Source: Nitrosopumilaceae archaeon (GTDB lineage: Archaea; Thermoproteota; Nitrososphaeria; Nitrososphaerales; Nitrosopumilaceae). From it: 32,000 nucleotides of DNA. The stretch spans positions 3,054,430 through 3,086,429 of the forward strand of contig CBDCCK010000002.1 of the NCBI GenBank assembly GCA_965214835.1. The letters are read 5' to 3'. Shown one piece after another: positions 27,119 through 32,000 of this stretch; the stretch's first letter is position 1, and the number at the start of each line of letters is the position of its first letter. Below the pieces are notes generated by a model. That model was not told where the DNA came from, made no database searches, and worked only from the letters and a program-made list of their open reading frames with translations. Made by a program: the position numbers and the translations under genes.

Positions 27119-27523
27119 CTAACCTGTACAATTGACTTTGAACAAATCCCAGAATCTGCTAGGGGACTTGGGCTCCCTGAGATACACCGTCATGCACTCC
27201 TTGAACACCGGGCATCGTCGTGACGTTTTGCACCCTGGATTCCTCGACAGAGCAGTGCCCTGGCAGTTATTCACTCGTTGAACAGTATCATCGAGTAGTA
27301 AAAGTACAGGCATCCTGGTGGCCAGGTCGGCGGTCCGGGTCTTGGCCCTGCATTCTGTCTTGGCGCATCCTGTCTCGATTCCCCACCTTGACGAGTACGA
27401 CTCGATCCTGATTCCGGGCAGGTTCGCTGCAAGCCCGATGGACTTTTTCTCCGGCCTGTCCTCCTTTGATGCATCCATGGGCCTGCCGTCATCCCCGGAC
27501 TTTTTCCTCTCCGTTACTATCAT
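27119..27523 (-). pseudogene. DDE transposase C-terminal fragment containing copy 2 of the ~190-bp repeat
   Basis: YSSRWGIETG...CRAKTRTADLATRMPVLLLLDDTVQRVNN resembles the YxxRWxIE region of IS4-type transposases. Confidence 0.7.
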
Positions 27524-27812
27524 CTAATACGTGGCTGAGCTCGTGCTGTTCCCGATGACGTTTTTGGATGCCCGGGGCCTGTCCCTGCGGCCGAACCCGT
27601 CTAGCGCTGCGACCGCGCTGCCCGTGTTCCTGCACGGCATCAGGAACCTTACCCCCTCTCCTGCAGCATGGCAATCACCACCGGCAGGGGGGACGTGACC
27701 TCGTACTCGAGGAATGTTTTTGGGAACCGGAAGGAAAAAAGCCGCGGCTTGATGCCCCGTGCGCTCAAAAAATGAAAAGGACGTTTAATTACGTCCGCAG
27801 CTGAAACAAGGC

Positions 27813-30263
27813 GTGAGGGCCATAATCATCATGCTGATTGCAGCCGTTGCAGTGGCATCAGGCACGTCAGCTGCGCACTCTATAGGGACAAACGTGGAGT
27901 CGGTAAAGTTCATCCAGTATTTGGACGAGAATACGGCGCTAGAGGAGGTCCGCAACGGAAACCTGGACATGTACTACTTTAGGATCTCCCCAGACAGGAT
28001 TGAGGACGTCCAGTCAAGGGAGGGCCTGAAGGTCTATGACTCGACGGGCGGATCCTACAGCATCCTGGTGAATCCGGCCGAGCCCAAGGATGGATACAAT
28101 CCGTTTTTTCACAGAGACGCCAGATTTGCGCTAAACTACCTGGTGGACAGGAAGCTGATCGTAAACGAGCTGATGGGCGGGTACGGCGTGCCGATGATCT
28201 CAAACTATGGCCCGTTTGATCCCGAGTACCTTACGATTCTGGGCCAGCTAGAGGAGTTTCAGTTCAGGTACAACCCCAGGCTGGCCGAGCAGATGATCTC
28301 AGACGCGCTTGAGGCAGGCGGGGCAGAGAAGATCGGCGGCATCTGGACCTTTGAGAAAAGGCCGGTCACGGTTACCGTCTTTATCAGAAGCGACGACCCG
28401 GTAAGAAAGTCCATCGGCGAGATTCTGGCAGCAGAGCTGGAGGCCCTGGGCCTCGTGATCGTCAAGGACTATGGGGATCTGAACAAGGCCTTTGTCGTAG
28501 TATACGGCTCAGACCCGGCAGACAACAGGTGGAACCTGTACACCGAGGGGTGGGGGGGACGCTCTGCCTTTGTCAGGTATGATCCAGTCGGCCTGGCGCA
28601 GATGTACTCCCCGTGGTTTTCAAACACGCCGGGATTCAACGATCCGGACTACTGGAACTATGAAAATGATCACCTAGATAAAATCACGCAGAGGATCTAC
28701 ACAGGGGACTTTGACTCCGAGGGGCAGAGAAACGATCTGATACGGCAGGCCACGGAGGAGGCAGTCAACGAGTCAGTCAGGGTGTTTCTTGCAAGCAAGA
28801 TAGACCAGTACGTGGTAAGCGAGAACGTAGACGGCGTGATCAACGACTTTGGCGCGGGAGTGCCCACAAGGTTTACCCCCATCAATGCCAAAACGGACGA
28901 CGGGGAGCTTGTCATAGGGGTCAAGCAGATCTATCAGGGGGCGTGGAATCCGGTAATGGGCCTGACTGACAGCTACAGCACGCACATTTGGAACCCAATC
29001 AACGATCCCGCGCTGTTCAAGCACCCGTTTACCGGGGACACGATACCGATCAGGGCCCAATGGAGCGTGGAGACGGACGGGCCCGGGCATAAAATCGATG
29101 TCCCCGGCGACGCAATCCTGTGGAACCCGCAGACGCAGGCCTGGGAGGGCGTAAGGGACGGGCAGGCCACAAGCAAGGTAACCTTTGACTTTGAGTTTGG
29201 GAGATGGCACAACGGCCAGGCGGTGGACATCTATGACATGCTGTACATCGCATACTTTGATCTAGAGTGGGGAGAGGCCGTTGACGAGGAGGACAGGACG
29301 GTGGACTCGGAGTTCACCCCCCAGGCGGCCCAGATGGTCTCCAGCATAGTCGGGATAAGGCCCGTCGGGAGCTCGCAAATCGAGATGTATGTAGACTATT
29401 GGCATTTTGACGAGTCAGAGATTGCGCACTGGGCGGCATTATGGGGCAGCATGATGCCGTGGGAGGTCTTTGCATCCATGGAAAAGTCGGTACTGGATGG
29501 AAAGATGTCGTTTTCACGGTCTGGTGCTGCAAGCAAGAACGTAAGCTGGCTGTCGCTGATCGTCCCCAACGACGCCCGGATCATAGGGGAGAATCTTGAA
29601 GAGTACGGCCGGGAGGGCTTTGTTCCTGCGCCCCTGAGGGGATTTGGGCTGGAGGAGGACTATTTTGACTCAAGGTACGGCGCCACTGCAGGATGGATTG
29701 AGCGGATGGATCACGCAGTAATCAGCAACGGGCCGTTTTACCTGGAATCATATGCCCCAGAGTCAAGGACGATCACGCTTGCCGCGTTTGATGATCCGGA
29801 CTATCCGTTTGGGCAAGGGCACTGGTCGGAGTTTGAAGGCGCTGACTTTCCAAGGATAACAGGCTTTGAGGTTCCAAGGATAATTCCAAAGTCAGAGAGG
29901 ATCGAGCTGCACATAGAGACGGAAAACGCATCGGAGATAAGGTACTTTGTCTCAAATCAAAACGGCATAGTAGAGTCGCAGACGATACGCACAGGGTCAG
30001 GCAGGGACATCATCGAGATACCAGGCGAGGTAGTCGTGGAGGGCACAAACAGTATCAAGGTCTTTGCAGTATCCGATGAGGTGCTGAGGCCGGATTTGTA
30101 CGAGACAAGCTTCGTGGTAAGCGAGGGCGCCGTATTGATTGACGAGGGCGGCATGGGGAATGTCCCGAAAATCAGCAGTGCGGATTATTCGTGGGCATAT
30201 GCGGCAATTGCCCTTGCAGTTATTGCGCCAACAATTATTGCAGTCAGGATGAGGCTAGGTTAG
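27813..30263 (+). CDS. ABC transporter solute-binding protein, family 5 (peptide/nickel type), membrane-anchored
   Basis: Signal peptide, DARFALNYLVDRKLIVNELMGGYGVPMIS, FVPAPLRGF...MDHAVISNGPFYLESY, and a C-terminal TM helix YAAIALAVIAPTIIAVRMRLG. Confidence 0.92.
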   Translation: MRAIIIMLIAAVAVASGTSAAHSIGTNVESVKFIQYLDENTALEEVRNGNLDMYYFRISPDRIEDVQSREGLKVYDSTGGSYSILVNPAEPKDGYNPFFHRDARFALNYLVDRKLIVNELMGGYGVPMISNYGPFDPEYLTILGQLEEFQFRYNPRLAEQMISDALEAGGAEKIGGIWTFEKRPVTVTVFIRSDDPVRKSIGEILAAELEALGLVIVKDYGDLNKAFVVVYGSDPADNRWNLYTEGWGGRSAFVRYDPVGLAQMYSPWFSNTPGFNDPDYWNYENDHLDKITQRIYTGDFDSEGQRNDLIRQATEEAVNESVRVFLASKIDQYVVSENVDGVINDFGAGVPTRFTPINAKTDDGELVIGVKQIYQGAWNPVMGLTDSYSTHIWNPINDPALFKHPFTGDTIPIRAQWSVETDGPGHKIDVPGDAILWNPQTQAWEGVRDGQATSKVTFDFEFGRWHNGQAVDIYDMLYIAYFDLEWGEAVDEEDRTVDSEFTPQAAQMVSSIVGIRPVGSSQIEMYVDYWHFDESEIAHWAALWGSMMPWEVFASMEKSVLDGKMSFSRSGAASKNVSWLSLIVPNDARIIGENLEEYGREGFVPAPLRGFGLEEDYFDSRYGATAGWIERMDHAVISNGPFYLESYAPESRTITLAAFDDPDYPFGQGHWSEFEGADFPRITGFEVPRIIPKSERIELHIETENASEIRYFVSNQNGIVESQTIRTGSGRDIIEIPGEVVVEGTNSIKVFAVSDEVLRPDLYETSFVVSEGAVLIDEGGMGNVPKISSADYSWAYAAIALAVIAPTIIAVRMRLG

Positions 30264-30740
30264 ACGATAATCGGAGGCTATCTGCTCTATGTCACCCTCC
30301 AGCCTTGCCTTGGAATAGTCCTCTAGCAGGTTTTGGTTCAGGGTATAAAACGTATGGCCCCACCTGAACTTGTCAAGCAGCCTTAGCGACTCGTCCCTCA
30401 GCCCCATGACAAACAGCGCGCCGGATACGGCCTCAACGGTAGTCAGCTTGCCTATCTTGGAGTAGTTTACGGGGTTTCCGGCAAGCATCGGGGGCAGCCT
30501 TCGTCGGATCCCTGCGAGTTTTTTGGAAAAGACGCCATCGGCCAGGCTCCAGGAGCAGTCGACGGCGGTGATGGAGGCGGATCTGTCAGAGGGAAGCAGG
30601 TATCGCGTCGCAAACGGATCCAGGACTATGGTGCTGGCGGAGGTTTTTTTGATGTTTCGCGCAAGGCCGAGCCTTACCAGCCTTACGGCAGTGCACTTGT
30701 CAGGATCGTCCTGCCTGAGCATCAATACCTGGACTCTCAA
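30255..30740 (-). CDS. tsr3: Tsr3/DUF367 family rRNA aminocarboxypropyltransferase
   Basis: DDPDKCTAVRLVRLGLAR, IVLDPFATRYLLPSDR, AVDCSW, RRLPPMLAGNPVNYSKIGKLTTVEAVSGAL, LLDKFRWGHTFYTLNQNLLEDY. Confidence 0.93.
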   Translation of the reverse strand: MRVQVLMLRQDDPDKCTAVRLVRLGLARNIKKTSASTIVLDPFATRYLLPSDRSASITAVDCSWSLADGVFSKKLAGIRRRLPPMLAGNPVNYSKIGKLTTVEAVSGALFVMGLRDESLRLLDKFRWGHTFYTLNQNLLEDYSKARLEGDIEQIASDYRLT

Positions 30741-30892
30741 CGGATGACATCAGGGATGCGGTGGTATTAATTATTCAGTAGCCGAGTCTACGCCCCGCAC
30801 CGGTACCGCCGCGCCAGCCCGCAGTGGCTTTGGTGATCCGTAAGATCGCTGTGCGCCATCCGGCCCTGCATCGGGTGCGGCCAGGCCAGTGC

Positions 30893-32000
30893 CTAGTCGG
30901 ACTCGGTATAGATGGGCCCAAACGACAGCCCCCTCATGATCTCCTGCATCCTCTTTTGCTCTGCAAGTATGGCCTCCTCCAGGCGGTCAAGGCGCGCGTC
31001 CCCTCCGTCCAGATCCTCTGGCAGATCGTATGCAAGTACGGGTTCAAGCTCCGACATCAGCTGCGCGGCGTCAAAGACCAGCACGGCCCTGTCCTGCTCG
31101 GCCTGTACGAGCGCTGCAAAGTTGGAGTTCATCCTGGTCATCACGCCCCACGTCCCGTCCTGGTGGCGCTCAAACGGCTCTGGCACCAGCCTCGACCAAG
31201 TGCCGTACGAGTTCCGGGTCCACTCGCCGCCCCACTGGTCCTCCCACGTGTCGCTCAGCTTGTCGGTGCGCTGCAGCGATATGGCTACGGCATCATACTG
31301 GTTTCCCTTCTTGGATATCCCGGCAGTCTCCCTGGGTGCCGGGTTCAGCGAGTCGCCTTGCACCAGCAGGCCGTCGTTCATGTAGTTCTGCGCGCTCCAG
31401 CGCTGTACGTCCATCACATATATGACAAAGGGCTCGTGGTACATCTGCTCCCTGAAGAGCAGTCCGTCGACTGAGAGCTCCACGCACTTGGTTGGGTCAT
31501 CAGGTGACATGCAGCCGACAAGCGCCACGTCCAGCGTGGCCTCGCCCAGGATGTCGTTTGGATCCGTGTAGGTTGCATCCCGTATCTTGTAGGTCGAGTT
31601 TGTGGCATAGTCGCGCTCGAGATCGACGGTCAGTACTGCCTCGGACTGGCCTATGGACGAGCCCACCTCCGGCACCCCGAAGCCCATCTGGAACTGCTGT
31701 ACCCCTGTTACAGAGTGTGCCTTTAGCGTAAAGTCGTGTGTCGAATTGGTCTGTATTGATTCGCGCCTGTAATCTACGTGGTAATCAAGCACGTCGCGGC
31801 ATGTGCCGTCCATGGAGTACCCACAGCTTACCATCTGGCTGCCCGTCTGCGGCGATACGCCAAAGGTCGGCGCCGTCTGCCACTCGTCGTCATTGCCGCC
31901 GCCCGACGGTCGTTTGAATTCACCATCAATCCAGGTGCCCACGAGTGTCCAGCCCGATCTATCCATGCCCCATACGGCATATGTGAGCCAGTCCAGATCT
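30893..32000 (-). CDS. Uncharacterised, probably secreted protein, N-terminus beyond the window
   Basis: Long open frame with strong coding character. It stays open upstream of the annotated Met to the window edge (DLDWLTYAVWGM...), so 31966 may not be the true start. Confidence 0.7.
   Translation of the reverse strand, partial: DLDWLTYAVWGMDRSGWTLVGTWIDGEFKRPSGGGNDDEWQTAPTFGVSPQTGSQMVSCGYSMDGTCRDVLDYHVDYRRESIQTNSTHDFTLKAHSVTGVQQFQMGFGVPEVGSSIGQSEAVLTVDLERDYATNSTYKIRDATYTDPNDILGEATLDVALVGCMSPDDPTKCVELSVDGLLFREQMYHEPFVIYVMDVQRWSAQNYMNDGLLVQGDSLNPAPRETAGISKKGNQYDAVAISLQRTDKLSDTWEDQWGGEWTRNSYGTWSRLVPEPFERHQDGTWGVMTRMNSNFAALVQAEQDRAVLVFDAAQLMSELEPVLAYDLPEDLDGGDARLDRLEEAILAEQKRMQEIMRGLSFGPIYTESD

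Noticed and set aside
1-32000. tRNA or rRNA genes
   Set aside because: I saw no convincing T-arm (GGTTCRA) with paired acceptor stems and no rRNA-like stretches. A tRNAscan-SE/Infernal run would be needed to exclude them.
1-32000. A complete new anti-phage or defence system built around the endonuclease-fold gene (20119) or SNase gene (7084)
   Set aside because: The endonuclease-fold gene sits among housekeeping genes without a methylase or ATPase partner, and the SNase gene stands alone between MITEs. There is not enough genetic context for a system call.

Overview
This is a GC-rich archaeal window, most likely from a marine Nitrososphaeria/Thaumarchaeota (Cenarchaeum/Nitrosopumilus-like). 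That assignment is inferred from the gene content and cannot be confirmed without a search. The core genes I recognise are a geranylgeranyl reductase-family FAD enzyme, adjacent F420 biosynthesis genes (cofD-cofC), a CPBP/CAAX-type intramembrane protease, eIF1/SUI1, a scleroderma-autoantigen-type zinc-ribbon protein, a 54-aa Sec61beta/SecG-like protein missing from the supplied ORF track, a DUF2070 membrane protein, a restriction-endonuclease-fold protein, Tsr3 (DUF367), an SNase-like nuclease, a methyltransferase, an ABC peptide-type solute-binding protein and several large secreted proteins. The accessory content is dense: IS630 (two copies), IS66 (one well-bounded copy and two decayed ones), an IS481-like element, other DDE transposase fragments, and at least three short non-autonomous (MITE-like) families. 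The most informative observations are: (1) a small overlapping two-gene unit whose second ORF (82 aa) is restored exactly in frame after in-silico removal of an IS630 (TA duplication) and an IS66 (8-bp duplication TAAAAAAG); (2) a 129-bp MITE with perfect 17-bp inverted repeats and a 9-bp duplication inside a DDE-transposase remnant, with a diverged relative interrupted by IS630 at the window start; (3) a 109-bp MITE family built from IS66-like ends, with two inverted copies bracketing the nuclease gene; (4) an ~90-bp hairpin family with four copies; (5) a metallothionein-like cysteine-rich tail on a membrane-anchored secreted protein. I see no convincing evidence of a wholly new defence system. 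The interrupted two-gene unit is the best candidate for an undescribed small module.
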